Below are positions 18,146-27,651 of a DNA stretch of 64,000 bases, in pieces. The notes beneath the pieces were generated by a model. The model was given only the letters and a program-made list of their open reading frames with translations. It was not told where the DNA came from and ran no database searches. Origin of the DNA: Candidatus Peribacteria bacterium (GTDB taxonomy: Bacteria; Patescibacteriota; Gracilibacteria; UBA1369; 2-02-FULL-48-14). Location: positions 51,866 to 115,865 of the forward strand of contig CALQZQ010000004.1 in the NCBI GenBank assembly GCA_943349825.1, given 5' to 3'. Position 1 is the first letter of the stretch. Every line of letters begins with the position of its first letter. The translations under genes were made by a program, and so were the position numbers.

Positions 18146-19239
18146 GCTTTTTTCCAAGCGGTGCCCACCATCAAGTGGTCGCTGTAGGCGAGCATGAGTT
18201 CAGCTTTTTTACGGTCCTCAGGGGAGAGACTGTCTAGGAACTCTGGGCTGGGGGTCGGCATGGCCATGGAGATGATGGAAGCGTTTCTTTCTGGAACGAA
18301 GCCACTTTCTGTGAACATTTCACAGACTTGTTCATAAGAAAAAGCGCCGTGGCTGAAGCCTATATCCAGGCCTCCATGCAGTCCGCGCGGCGTATTGGCG
18401 GTGGCGTTGGTGGGGGTTTCCCCTATGAAGAATACGGCTCCGTCCCTTGCGATGACTTTTTGTAGATTGTCGATGGTGGCTCTGGGGTTGGTGAACCACT
18501 GGAGCGTGAGTGCTGTCCATACCGTGCCAATTTCTTCATGCGGATCCACGGTAGCTGCGTCGGCGGGGTGAATTTTTACGGGTCGTTCGGGATCCATTTT
18601 GTTGACCAAAGGGATGGCATGGCCCAACCATTGAGGATTGGAGTCTACCAAGTGCAAGTTTCCTGCGGGGACCATTCTCCTTTTGATGAGATGTGCAGCA
18701 ATGTTTCCGGGTCCGCTTCCCACTTCCATGTTGGCTCCTCTGAGGTCCAGTTCGTTGTCGTCTCGTAAGCGTCGAATGCTTTCCGCGGTAGAACTGCCGT
18801 GTCCGGAGGCGTCCATGTGTTCTATGTAGGCTCCGGGTCCCGTTTTGGGGTTGTCTCTCAGCCATCGGAGCGCCAGGCTAGGATTGCTTTGAGCGAGCCG
18901 AGCTAGGCGCTTAGTCACAATTTCGGTGACTTCGTCTGGTGTTAAAACGCCCAATTCCTCGGGGATTTCTGCGTTTCCGGCTTTCACATCGGGATGCCAG
19001 AGGGCAGCTGCCAAAGTGATCATCCTGGGGCGGTCTGAGTCTGTCATTCCGTTCAAAACGGTGGTGGCCACGGCGCGGGGATCGTCTCCATTGGGGTCAT
19101 AGCCCAAGGCTTGTAGTGCATCTTTCATACGTCCATCCATGGCTCGGTTCCGTTCGGTGGTTTCTTGGTGGAAGAGTCGTTGGTCTTGGAAAGCTTTTCC
19201 TTCTACTGCGTGGCCCAGATTACTCAGATACTCTGACAT
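18142..19239 (-). CDS. class I SAM-dependent methyltransferase with N-terminal extension
   Basis: MEVGSGPG, LVDSN, ADA, ALTLQWF. Confidence 0.8.
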   Translation of the reverse strand: MSEYLSNLGHAVEGKAFQDQRLFHQETTERNRAMDGRMKDALQALGYDPNGDDPRAVATTVLNGMTDSDRPRMITLAAALWHPDVKAGNAEIPEELGVLTPDEVTEIVTKRLARLAQSNPSLALRWLRDNPKTGPGAYIEHMDASGHGSSTAESIRRLRDDNELDLRGANMEVGSGPGNIAAHLIKRRMVPAGNLHLVDSNPQWLGHAIPLVNKMDPERPVKIHPADAATVDPHEEIGTVWTALTLQWFTNPRATIDNLQKVIARDGAVFFIGETPTNATANTPRGLHGGLDIGFSHGAFSYEQVCEMFTESGFVPERNASIISMAMPTPSPEFLDSLSPEDRKKAELMLAYSDHLMVGTAWKKA

Positions 19240-19303
19240 AGTTTTTTAAGTTTTAGAGGCTAAACCTACTATTTTTTTGAGTTTTGTCAATATCGGCCGA
19301 AAT

Positions 19304-19993
19304 TCAGCACATTTTGCCTTCGGAGCGTCTTTGCAGGTAGCTTTCAGTGAGTTCTCTAAGGAATTTTTGACGTGCACGGTCACGTAAGGATGCATAAAAA
19401 ACATCCGAGGCTAAAGATCTGTGCAAGATCTCAGTTTCTGCTCGAGCCAGGACTTCTAGCGACCAATCCCATAGGGGAACTCCTTCATTGTTGACCGGAA
19501 TTTCGACTGCAGGGCCCTTTTTTTGAGCTTTTCGTTCGATATGACTTTGATGAGTGTTTAGGTCTAGAAGGAGTAGTTTCCCCTGCCAAACGATGAGATT
19601 GCCCAATCCCACCAAATCTGGAAGAAGGCCGTGTGCGACGTGAAGTTCTTTGCAGGCAGAGATAAAACGGGCCAAACCTATGGGTGCTTCGGTGCCTTTT
19701 GAGTAGCGATTGAGAACTTCAGACGGACGTTCCTGTGTTTGCCGGCTCGAGATCCTTTGGACTGAAATCAGTTCTAAAATAGTGCCATGGACTTGGGCTC
19801 GGACCACTTGAGGGTCCGGTAAAAATTCGTCCAGATATTCCTGTAGCTTTCCTAAGTGTACTGTTTCTGAAGGGCAGTTGAGGTGGTCTTTGGGTACGCG
19901 CACTAAACGCTCCTCTTGACCCCGTACAGGGAACAGGTTTATTTGAGTCCCGGAGTGAATGGGAAGGGTTTCGAGCTCAAGCAATTCGCTCAT
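19304..19993 (-). CDS. hypothetical protein, weakly protein-kinase-like
   Basis: LVRVPK; HGLLPDLVGLGNLIV..LLLLDLN resembles a catalytic loop and metal-binding Asp. Confidence 0.55.
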   Translation of the reverse strand: MSELLELETLPIHSGTQINLFPVRGQEERLVRVPKDHLNCPSETVHLGKLQEYLDEFLPDPQVVRAQVHGTILELISVQRISSRQTQERPSEVLNRYSKGTEAPIGLARFISACKELHVAHGLLPDLVGLGNLIVWQGKLLLLDLNTHQSHIERKAQKKGPAVEIPVNNEGVPLWDWSLEVLARAETEILHRSLASDVFYASLRDRARQKFLRELTESYLQRRSEGKMC

Positions 19994-20003
19994 TCATTGA
20001 CCG

Positions 20004-21494
20004 TTAAACGGTGGCCAAGAAATCTTTCAAGTAGGCATACCACTTTTCAACGGAAGCCACTTCTATGCGTTCATTGATTCCGTGAACATCTTGAATCATG
20101 GGACCAGTAGCGATGGCATCCATAGAACGGCCGGCCGCTTCCATCTTCATGACTAATTCGCCTACCTCGAGTCCACAGTGGTAAGCCCAACGTTTAGGCT
20201 CAATACCGTGTCCACGCATCAATGCTTCACCATGCGCCAAGAGAGTGGAATCGGGGTCTATTTCCCAACCGCCGTAATTGAAGAGGTCTTCCGTGGTGAA
20301 ACCACGGCTAGTGAATTCGCCTTTAGAGGCAGCAAATTGAGCTTCTAAGTTTGGAACATTGTGTCCACGGATACAAGCCACTGCATCGAGAGTGTCTCCG
20401 GTTCTTACCCATCCAAGGTTAGAACTCACATCGGGAGCACCTGCTGGTATTTTTCTGCGTGTCAGGACGCCATCATGGAGCATGCCAATAGCATCTAAAG
20501 TGGCGTGTTTCACTCTCGTGCTCATGGCCCTCATGCTGGGGTCTATGCCTCCAGCCGTTTCTACACTGATTTGTCCTGGCTGATTGATCCGCCCATTTAC
20601 CAGGCCAGACCCTTGCTCTATTCTTCGGTACAATTCTTCTCTTGTTCCATTGTTTACTGCCATGTGCAACTCAGCACTGCTGGGGATAACGTTTCCATAT
20701 TTTCCTGTTCCACCTTCTAATTTCATAAGGTCCAACTGACGGAGATCCACTTCTCCTTCTGAGAGGCTATCCACCAAAGCTTTTAATGGGTTTCCTATGC
20801 CTTTGTTGATGGCGAGTCCAGAATGACCTCCTTGAAATCCAGTTGCCCTTACAATCACTAAGCGACCGTCGTTGCCTCTTTCGATGGGAGAGTACTCGGG
20901 GGCGATTTGAGCTTTAAAACCTCTTCCCGCAGCAGAGGCGATACCAGTGAGATCGGGACCATCTTCACTGTCCATGTTGACCATGCGGTCTGCAGTGATC
21001 ATGCTCAGATCTAGGCCTCCCACTCCGTCCAGGCCATCTTCTTCATCGATAGTGAATAAGAGTTCCAAGGGTGGATAGTTCACTTCAGGGTCATCGACGA
21101 GAGCCATCATAGTGGAAACTCCCACGCCGTTATCGGCTCCTACACTGGTTTTACCATCTTTAGAGCGCAGCCAGCCGTCCTCACCCAGTTCCAATTCCAC
21201 GCTGAAGTCAGCGGGACTGTTGGGTTCGCCCTTTCCAGGGACACAAACCATATCGATGTGTCCTTGAAGCAGTAGAGGTTTTCCTTCACGACGTCCAGGT
21301 ACGCGAACCAAAATATTTCCGACACTGTCTACTTGGGAATCCAATCCTCTTTGTTTTGCCCAATCGAGGATATGTTCTCGAGCCTGCGCTTCCAGCTTAG
21401 AGGGGCGGGGGATTTGAGTGAGTTCAGCAAAACGATCCCATACTGCTACTGGCTCAAGGCCACTCAGGACTTCTCTATTGGATTCTAGGGACAT
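20004..21494 (-). CDS. pepD: aminoacyl-histidine dipeptidase (M20C), divergent
   Basis: QIPRPSK, LQGHIDMVC, GADNGVG, TIDEEDG, NMDSED, GGHSG, HCGLE, DVHGINE. Confidence 0.88.
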   Translation of the reverse strand: MSLESNREVLSGLEPVAVWDRFAELTQIPRPSKLEAQAREHILDWAKQRGLDSQVDSVGNILVRVPGRREGKPLLLQGHIDMVCVPGKGEPNSPADFSVELELGEDGWLRSKDGKTSVGADNGVGVSTMMALVDDPEVNYPPLELLFTIDEEDGLDGVGGLDLSMITADRMVNMDSEDGPDLTGIASAAGRGFKAQIAPEYSPIERGNDGRLVIVRATGFQGGHSGLAINKGIGNPLKALVDSLSEGEVDLRQLDLMKLEGGTGKYGNVIPSSAELHMAVNNGTREELYRRIEQGSGLVNGRINQPGQISVETAGGIDPSMRAMSTRVKHATLDAIGMLHDGVLTRRKIPAGAPDVSSNLGWVRTGDTLDAVACIRGHNVPNLEAQFAASKGEFTSRGFTTEDLFNYGGWEIDPDSTLLAHGEALMRGHGIEPKRWAYHCGLEVGELVMKMEAAGRSMDAIATGPMIQDVHGINERIEVASVEKWYAYLKDFLATV

Positions 21495-21549
21495 AGAAAA
21501 TAAGTTTAAAAGGGCTCAATTTAAACCTGGTTTCTTCCTTTGTCAAAAA

Positions 21550-22809
21550 TTAAGCCACGCTCGCATTTTCTAGCACGCTCGATTGGACCTTCTTCTTCAG
21601 TACTTCTTGGGCGAGTTTGGGAATGTCTTTCTGTTCGTCAAAGAGTAGAGCGGCGTTGAAGCGGAAGAGGCCCTTGTGTTCGGTGAGAGTGGTGAGGTGG
21701 AGTTTTTGCTTGGAGTTGCCCACAGTGGCCAGGGCTAGCATGGTTTTTTCGAATTCTTTTTGACTGCCCTCAAAAGTTCCCATGAAGCTGAGCGAAGATT
21801 TTTGGATGTCTCCGCTGCGGGTGAGTAAATCGTAAACGGTCATTCCGGTCATACGGAAATTGGGGTCTATGATGTAGAACTGTTCGTCCTTGTCCATCAA
21901 AACGTCGAAACCGCCCACTCCGTACCAACCGCGTCGGCGTACTTCTGGTAGGACTTTTTCTAGGATCACTTTTTCCATGGATTTGATGAGCGGAGTTTTT
22001 TCGATTCCCAGCTCGATGATTCCTCCCATGAAAACGCCATTTTCGTTTGTGAGCTGTTCGTGCCACATGATGATTTCGGGAGGAAGGTCTTTGTCTTCTG
22101 GAATTCCAAATTGAACTCCAAAGTTACGAACGGATTTTATCAATTCAGAAATAAGAATGATGCCTTCCAAAGAGGCGAAATCGTCCTTGGCTTTTTCGAG
22201 TTGTTTTTTTGTGTGACAGATACGCACGCCATCTCCTGATGAAGAAGAGGACACTTTCACTACGCAAGGTAGAGCGATTTGATCTAAGCATTCTTCAAAG
22301 CACCGTCCGTCCAAAAATTCATCATAGGTTTTAGCTAAATATTGGGGCGGGACATAGTAAGTGAGGTTTCTTTTGTCGTTGAGCCAAATGCTTCGGTGAG
22401 AAGGAATGCGGAATTTCTCTTTGAGGCGATTGTCCAAAAAAGGTTGAGCCATCACTAAACTGCCGGGGGAACTTAGCTCGATCAAAGCGGTCCTCAAGAG
22501 ACGATTGCGTTCTGCCCCCGTGACGGTGTTGTTGATTTCTTTGGGCAAAACGATGATGTTTTCTTTTTTTGCTTTCATCGAACCCAAGTCTTTCATGAGT
22601 CCCCATACAAAGGGTTCCAGAGAGGCTTCGAAACAGATGGTTTTCACATTGGGGCCGGCGCAAACCAGCGGACGTGCGGCTACTAATTCTTCAATTTCAG
22701 GTGGAACACCGTTGAAAAAGTGTGAATCTTCTGCGGCAGGGTAGCCGTAAAAATATTCGGTGCCTTCCGGGAAATAGCGAGAGAGCGTGAATTTTTTTGA
22801 AGTAGCCAT
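21550..22809 (-). CDS. ATP-grasp domain ligase
   Basis: PCVVKVSSSSSGDGV, LISELI, GVGGFDVL, IIDPNFRMTG. Confidence 0.8.
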   Translation of the reverse strand: MATSKKFTLSRYFPEGTEYFYGYPAAEDSHFFNGVPPEIEELVAARPLVCAGPNVKTICFEASLEPFVWGLMKDLGSMKAKKENIIVLPKEINNTVTGAERNRLLRTALIELSSPGSLVMAQPFLDNRLKEKFRIPSHRSIWLNDKRNLTYYVPPQYLAKTYDEFLDGRCFEECLDQIALPCVVKVSSSSSGDGVRICHTKKQLEKAKDDFASLEGIILISELIKSVRNFGVQFGIPEDKDLPPEIIMWHEQLTNENGVFMGGIIELGIEKTPLIKSMEKVILEKVLPEVRRRGWYGVGGFDVLMDKDEQFYIIDPNFRMTGMTVYDLLTRSGDIQKSSLSFMGTFEGSQKEFEKTMLALATVGNSKQKLHLTTLTEHKGLFRFNAALLFDEQKDIPKLAQEVLKKKVQSSVLENASVA

Positions 22810-22833
22810 GGGTGAATTGTGGACGAAGGGATG

Positions 22834-23889
22834 CTACGCTTTTTTTCCACCCAACACAATGAGCTGTCCACAGGCTGCCGCGATGTCGTCGCCCATGGTT
22901 TTACGCACCATCACTTCCACGTCTGCGGCTTCCAGGATTTGTTTGAAGCGGTAGATTTGGGAATCGAGGCTGCGCTGGAGTCCGATGTCGGTGAAGTTGT
23001 AGGGGATGAGGTTCACTTTGAGTTGGCCGAGTTCGGTGACGAGCTCTGCCAGAACTTCGGCGTGGTGATCGGTGTCGTTCACGTCGCGGAGCATCACGTA
23101 TTCAAAAGTGAGGTGGTGGCGGCGATTGCCGTAAGTCTTTTGGTAACGCGCGATCCACTCTTTCAACTTGGGAAGGAATTGGTCAAAAGAGCTGGGCACG
23201 ATTTCTTTGCGGGTGATGGGATCGGCGCTGTGCAGCGAAATGGCGATGCGCGCGTCGGGCCACTCGGGATCGGTGAGGATTTGTTCCATCACGGGGAGCA
23301 CGCCCACGGTGGACACGGTGATGTGAGTGGGGCCCATGTCTGTGTAGGTGAGCCAGGTGCGGATGGTCTTTTTCACGTTTTCATAATTGGCCAGAGGTTC
23401 GCCCATGCCCATGAAAACCACGTTGGAGATGCGGTCTGGCAAGCGAGGGTGCTGCAGTAGGAAGGTCTGCCAGAAGCGGAACTGGTCTGTGATTTCGTCC
23501 GCAGTGAGATTGCGGGTGAGACCCATTTTCCCGGTGGCGCAGAAGGTGCAACCCATGGCGCAACCGACTTGGGAGGAGACACAGATGGTCCATTGATCGC
23601 GCATGTTTTCCATGAGTACAGTTTCCACTTTTTGCCCGTCCACCAGCGTGAGCAGCGCTTTGTAGGTGTCTCCTTTGGAACTTTCCATGATCTGGGAATC
23701 GATGTAGGAAACCCAGGGCACGTCCTTTTCGAGCGTGGCGCGCATGTCTTTGGGAAGATTGCTCACGTCTTGCCAGGAATTTTTCCCGAGTTTAAAAAAG
23801 TTCTCTTCGGCTTGTTTCCAGCGGAAGGCTGGTTCTTTGGGGAAGAGTTCGTGGAACTCGTCGTAACGGGTTTTGATTGCGATTGCCAT
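22834..23889 (-). CDS. rlmN: radical SAM RNA methyltransferase RlmN
   Basis: CVSSQVGCAMGCTFCATG, FMGMGEP, ISLHS, NLIPYN, DIAAACGQL. Confidence 0.95.
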   Translation of the reverse strand: MAIAIKTRYDEFHELFPKEPAFRWKQAEENFFKLGKNSWQDVSNLPKDMRATLEKDVPWVSYIDSQIMESSKGDTYKALLTLVDGQKVETVLMENMRDQWTICVSSQVGCAMGCTFCATGKMGLTRNLTADEITDQFRFWQTFLLQHPRLPDRISNVVFMGMGEPLANYENVKKTIRTWLTYTDMGPTHITVSTVGVLPVMEQILTDPEWPDARIAISLHSADPITRKEIVPSSFDQFLPKLKEWIARYQKTYGNRRHHLTFEYVMLRDVNDTDHHAEVLAELVTELGQLKVNLIPYNFTDIGLQRSLDSQIYRFKQILEAADVEVMVRKTMGDDIAAACGQLIVLGGKKA

Positions 23890-23959
23890 GAGGTTTGTGA
23901 GAGCTACTATGCGGGGAAACGGGCTAAGAGGCAAGGGGATTGGGGCGTTTTGAGCTTCA

Positions 23960-23993
23960 TGTCAGGGTTTTGTCAGGTGTTTTTGTTTAGAAT
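23960..23993 (+). promoter_or_regulatory. TGTCA-N6-TGTCA direct repeat (OmpR/PhoB-box-like) plus -10 TAGAAT
   Basis: 11-bp period, 12 nt before the -10; same geometry at 42456-42489. Confidence 0.6.
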
Positions 23994-23999
23994 TTGGAT

Positions 24000-24158
24000 G
24001 TTCACTTTGGGCCAGTCTTGGTGACTCTGACGGAGTTGTCATCCTGTCGGATCGGGTTCGTGAGCGGAGCGTTTAGCGAGCTTGCGAGCGTCCTCCGCGC
24101 AATCCACCGCTGAACAAGCGACAGCAAAAAGCCCTTTCCTACGTGGAGGGGGCTTTTT
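24000..24158 (+). ncRNA. tRNA-like small RNA, copy 1 (hairpin insertion in the T-arm region)
   Basis: Homologous to 42496-42623 with compensatory changes; ends in a terminator hairpin at 24126-24158. Confidence 0.6.
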
Positions 24159-24230
24159 GATTTCGACGGAATTGTCATCCAAGTTCATTTTATTCCCAAA
24201 ACCCCATTTTTGCAATAATGTGCCTTAGTC

Positions 24231-24869
24231 ATGAACACTCTCCTCGACTTTATTCTGCATCTCGATGTCCATTTGCCTTTGCTCGTGGAGCAGTTTGGGT
24301 GGCTGAGTTACGGCATCCTTTTTCTGATTGTATTTTGTGAAACCGGCTTAGTCTTCATGCCCTTTTTGCCTGGAGACAGTTTGCTTTTTGTGGCGGGAAC
24401 CTTGGCGGGACAGGGCACCTTGCAGGTTTTACTCCTGTGGACGGTCTTTACTGTGGCAGCCATTTTGGGAGACAGCTTGAATTATTGGGTGGGGACCCAT
24501 TTCGGGCGACGCTTGGAAAAATCCAAGTTTATTCGCCCCGAATATCTTGAAAAAACAAAGGGTTTTTATGAAGAGTATGGAAAAAAAACAATCATTATTG
24601 CACGGTTTGTTCCTATAGTGAGGACCTTTGCGCCGTTTGTGGCGGGAATGGGTCATATGAACTACCGGGATTTTCTCTTTTATAACATCGTGGGAGCCAT
24701 CGCATGGGTGAGTTCTTTCATTTTCGCCGGCTATTTCTTTGGGCAGATTCCTTGGGTGGAAGCGAACCTTGAGAAGGTCATCCTTGGGATCATTATTCTG
24801 TCCATTATTCCGCCGATTCTTGAGGTTTGGAAGCAACATAGAGCCAGCAAGTCGCGAGATACCAAGTGA
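24231..24869 (+). CDS. dedA: DedA family membrane protein
   Basis: FCETGL..FLPGDSLLF, ARFVPIVRTFAPFVAG. Confidence 0.93.
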   Translation: MNTLLDFILHLDVHLPLLVEQFGWLSYGILFLIVFCETGLVFMPFLPGDSLLFVAGTLAGQGTLQVLLLWTVFTVAAILGDSLNYWVGTHFGRRLEKSKFIRPEYLEKTKGFYEEYGKKTIIIARFVPIVRTFAPFVAGMGHMNYRDFLFYNIVGAIAWVSSFIFAGYFFGQIPWVEANLEKVILGIIILSIIPPILEVWKQHRASKSRDTK

Positions 24870-25212
24870 TGAAGGCTAGGCCCAGACCTTGGAGACTTTG
24901 GTCGAGTGTGATTGTGGGGAAGAGGACGTGGTAACCGCCTTCAGCTGCGATCCAGGCGGCGTTGATCATGGCGAGGCCGAGGCCCACGAGAGTGGCACCC
25001 AGCAGGAAGCGGTATTTTTTGAGGTCGCTGCTACAGAGAATCAGGAGGAAGGCTTGAGTGAGGGCATAAAGGCCGATGTAGCGGTCGTGAGTGAAGAGGA
25101 AAATTTTGTCGTGTTCTAGGACTTCGAGCCCAAAAAAGTGCAGCGGAAATTCAAAGAGGAAAAAGGCGGCGCCCATCCAAAGCAATCCTTTGAGCAGCGT
25201 GGATTTTTTCAT
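24805..25212 (-). CDS. hypothetical membrane protein
   Basis: Four hydrophobic segments; HDRYIG. Confidence 0.65.
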   Translation of the reverse strand: MKKSTLLKGLLWMGAAFFLFEFPLHFFGLEVLEHDKIFLFTHDRYIGLYALTQAFLLILCSSDLKKYRFLLGATLVGLGLAMINAAWIAAEGGYHVLFPTITLDQSLQGLGLAFITWYLATCWLYVASKPQESAE

Positions 25213-25607
25213 AGGCGGTGTTTTTTAAGGATGTAAAAAATCAACGGCGGTATCAGAGTCATTTGAAGGATGGGTGTGAGGCCCACCTCGATTCCAGGGA
25301 TGAGTGGCATACCGGGAAAGTAGGACCAGCGGTCGAGGATTAGGGAGATTTTTTCCACGATGAGCGCGAGCACGAGACCGGCTCCGGCGGTGAGAATGAG
25401 TGAGGGAAAGCGGCGGTAGCACAGGTAGAGTGCGGCGGTCATGAGGATGTCACCGGGAATGGCTTTGAGGCAAAGCCAGAAGCAGCGATTCATGTCTATG
25501 CTGCAACTGTAGAGCGGGGATTGAAGGAGCTCCCAGGTGAGGTGGAATACGAAAGAAAGCGAGACGAAGATGAGAGCGAAGTGGAGCTTGGAGCGGAGGC
25601 GGTTCAT
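25209..25607 (-). CDS. hypothetical membrane protein
   Basis: HLTWELLQSPLY, RWSY..MPLIP..VGLTPILQM; ATGA overlap with the next gene. Confidence 0.75.
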   Translation of the reverse strand: MNRLRSKLHFALIFVSLSFVFHLTWELLQSPLYSCSIDMNRCFWLCLKAIPGDILMTAALYLCYRRFPSLILTAGAGLVLALIVEKISLILDRWSYFPGMPLIPGIEVGLTPILQMTLIPPLIFYILKKHRL

Positions 25608-25644
25608 GCCTTTATCTTAGCATGAGTTAAATGGTGGTGGTGAG

Positions 25645-25673
25645 TTGACGGTTTATTCGAGTCCACGTATAAT
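25645..25673 (+). promoter_or_regulatory. sigma70 promoter
   Basis: TTGACG-17nt-TATAAT, 19 nt before ATG 25693. Confidence 0.75.
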
Positions 25674-25692
25674 CACACCTTAATAATCAAAT

Positions 25693-26634
25693 ATGTCTAG
25701 TAAGCAGGCTGACGGTCCACGATTTCTGGTGGGTGAAGATGGCATCGCAGAAGACTTGCATGTAAAGACTGGCAAATGTCCTTTTGATCATGGCAAGAAG
25801 CCGGAGGGTGAAAAACCTTTGAGTTCTTTAGAACTTAAGATAAAAGAGGCGAAAGCTTTTTTGGATGACGTTCATGATGTCTGCCCTTATGCTGGAAAGA
25901 TGTCTCGTGAAAATAAGATTCAGTGGGTGGGGCTTCCAACCGGTGCTGAGCTGGACCCTCTTCCTTTGCGGCCTGAGTTGGATTGTCAGCTTAGGGCTTT
26001 CTTCGCTGCCCGAGATACTAAACGCAATATGGTTTTTGTGTATGAGAAAGACATTAAGACAGCAGATGACACACACATGGCCGGGAAACGATTGCTCACG
26101 GAACTTGAAATTTTAGGGACCAAGATGATGTACCCCGACGCTCCTCTTACAGAGATCACTCTTTTTGTGGGGCAACACCGTCTGCCTGAGTTGCTGAATC
26201 CGCGAATGCATGTGGAGCAGCCTACCTTTCGCTGGCGCCAGCCGGATACTCAACAGGATATAGAAGGGACCATTTTTGTCTTTATGATGTCGCCTCTTTA
26301 CCATAAAGATCATCCGCGTTATGCGCCGCATACTTCTGTGGTTCTAACCTACGTTTCTGATGTGGATCGCGTTTTTTTAGAGGAAACGCCAACAGCGGCG
26401 CGCATTATTGTGAATGCGGCTGTGGGTGTGATTGCTCAAGGTTTGCCGCATATGCCTGTGCATGAGCTCCGACGTGAATCTTCGGCGGAAATATTTAGAG
26501 ATGAACAGGGTAGACCTGAAAATTTTGTACCTCACTATCATCCGGCTATTGATGTCAGGCTCCAGCTCCTTGGAGCTATGTTTGGAGGGAAAAAATTATT
26601 TGTGTACCCTCCGGATCCAAGTCTTTTTAGATAA
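25693..26634 (+). CDS. hypothetical CP-motif protein (paralogue A)
   Basis: KCPFDH, DVCPYA, FMMSPLY..HPRYAP. Confidence 0.75.
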   Translation: MSSKQADGPRFLVGEDGIAEDLHVKTGKCPFDHGKKPEGEKPLSSLELKIKEAKAFLDDVHDVCPYAGKMSRENKIQWVGLPTGAELDPLPLRPELDCQLRAFFAARDTKRNMVFVYEKDIKTADDTHMAGKRLLTELEILGTKMMYPDAPLTEITLFVGQHRLPELLNPRMHVEQPTFRWRQPDTQQDIEGTIFVFMMSPLYHKDHPRYAPHTSVVLTYVSDVDRVFLEETPTAARIIVNAAVGVIAQGLPHMPVHELRRESSAEIFRDEQGRPENFVPHYHPAIDVRLQLLGAMFGGKKLFVYPPDPSLFR

Positions 26635-26650
26635 AACCTATTTAGCAAGA

Positions 26651-27562
26651 ATGGCCGATATCCCTGATTCAGTTCGTAGCCATATCGCAGATGGTAAGTC
26701 CGTTTGCCCTTTTGCTGCTTCACCGTCGATTCGTAAGAGGTTAGCGTCTTTAAATGACGCTGGTGTGCAAAGGCAAGTTCAGGCAGCTTTGCTGGAGTTT
26801 GATGAGTCGGATAAAAGGGATTTGATCCTGGGTCCGAGTGACACTTTGCCGGATCATGGCACTGTGGATCTTTATTCTAAGCTGGTCTATAAACACCTCT
26901 TGCTGGCGGCTGCTATGGTTGGAGATTCTGCTCAGGCAAAATGGCTGATGGATTATGAGGACAACCTGGATCCTGTGGTGACGTTTCCGTCTGCAGCGCT
27001 TTATCTTTCAAGGAAGGGTCCGACTATGTTTACTTTTTTCAGCCCTCATTTTGATCCTCGACACCCACGCTACATGCCGGCTCCACTCGGAGTGGTGGTG
27101 CCTTTAGAAGAGTTCCAGAAAGTGGAGGCTGCTCGCCCTGGCATTTCCGAGGGGATTGGTCTTTTGGCTCTTGCTAGAGTGATCTGCTCCATGTTGGATC
27201 CCCGCTCTACCATTTCTGCAGCAGAGGTGGCTCAAGAAATGTCTTTATGGAAGCCTTTGCTGATAGAGATGGAAAGGGTGTTCGATGATAGGGAAGATCC
27301 TAGTTTTCCTCATACGGATCTCCAGCGTTTGCACGACTTGAGTGGTATGAGGGCTATGGTTCGAAATCGTAGCCAAGCAGTTTTTCAGCAGACTGAGGGG
27401 CTTTTTCGTCATCGTTTGGAACACGCTCGGGATGTGCCTCTACTCAAGCGAATGCTGAGAGAGCATCCGAATTTGAGTATGGTGGATATCTCTCATGCTT
27501 TGTTCACCAATCATGCAGCCTTGTATCCCAAACCCGAGCCGCAGTTTACGTGGAAACCTTAA
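26651..27562 (+). CDS. hypothetical CP-motif protein (paralogue B)
   Basis: SVCPFA, TFFSPHF..HPRYMP; start at MADIPDS. Confidence 0.75.
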   Translation: MADIPDSVRSHIADGKSVCPFAASPSIRKRLASLNDAGVQRQVQAALLEFDESDKRDLILGPSDTLPDHGTVDLYSKLVYKHLLLAAAMVGDSAQAKWLMDYEDNLDPVVTFPSAALYLSRKGPTMFTFFSPHFDPRHPRYMPAPLGVVVPLEEFQKVEAARPGISEGIGLLALARVICSMLDPRSTISAAEVAQEMSLWKPLLIEMERVFDDREDPSFPHTDLQRLHDLSGMRAMVRNRSQAVFQQTEGLFRHRLEHARDVPLLKRMLREHPNLSMVDISHALFTNHAALYPKPEPQFTWKP

Positions 27563-27651
27563 AACCGGGCGATGCTTTTTTAAGCTCTATGGAGGGAAGA
27601 CAGCCTTTACTTGACGTATTTTTGTGATATTGTATTCGCTTAAAATATTTT

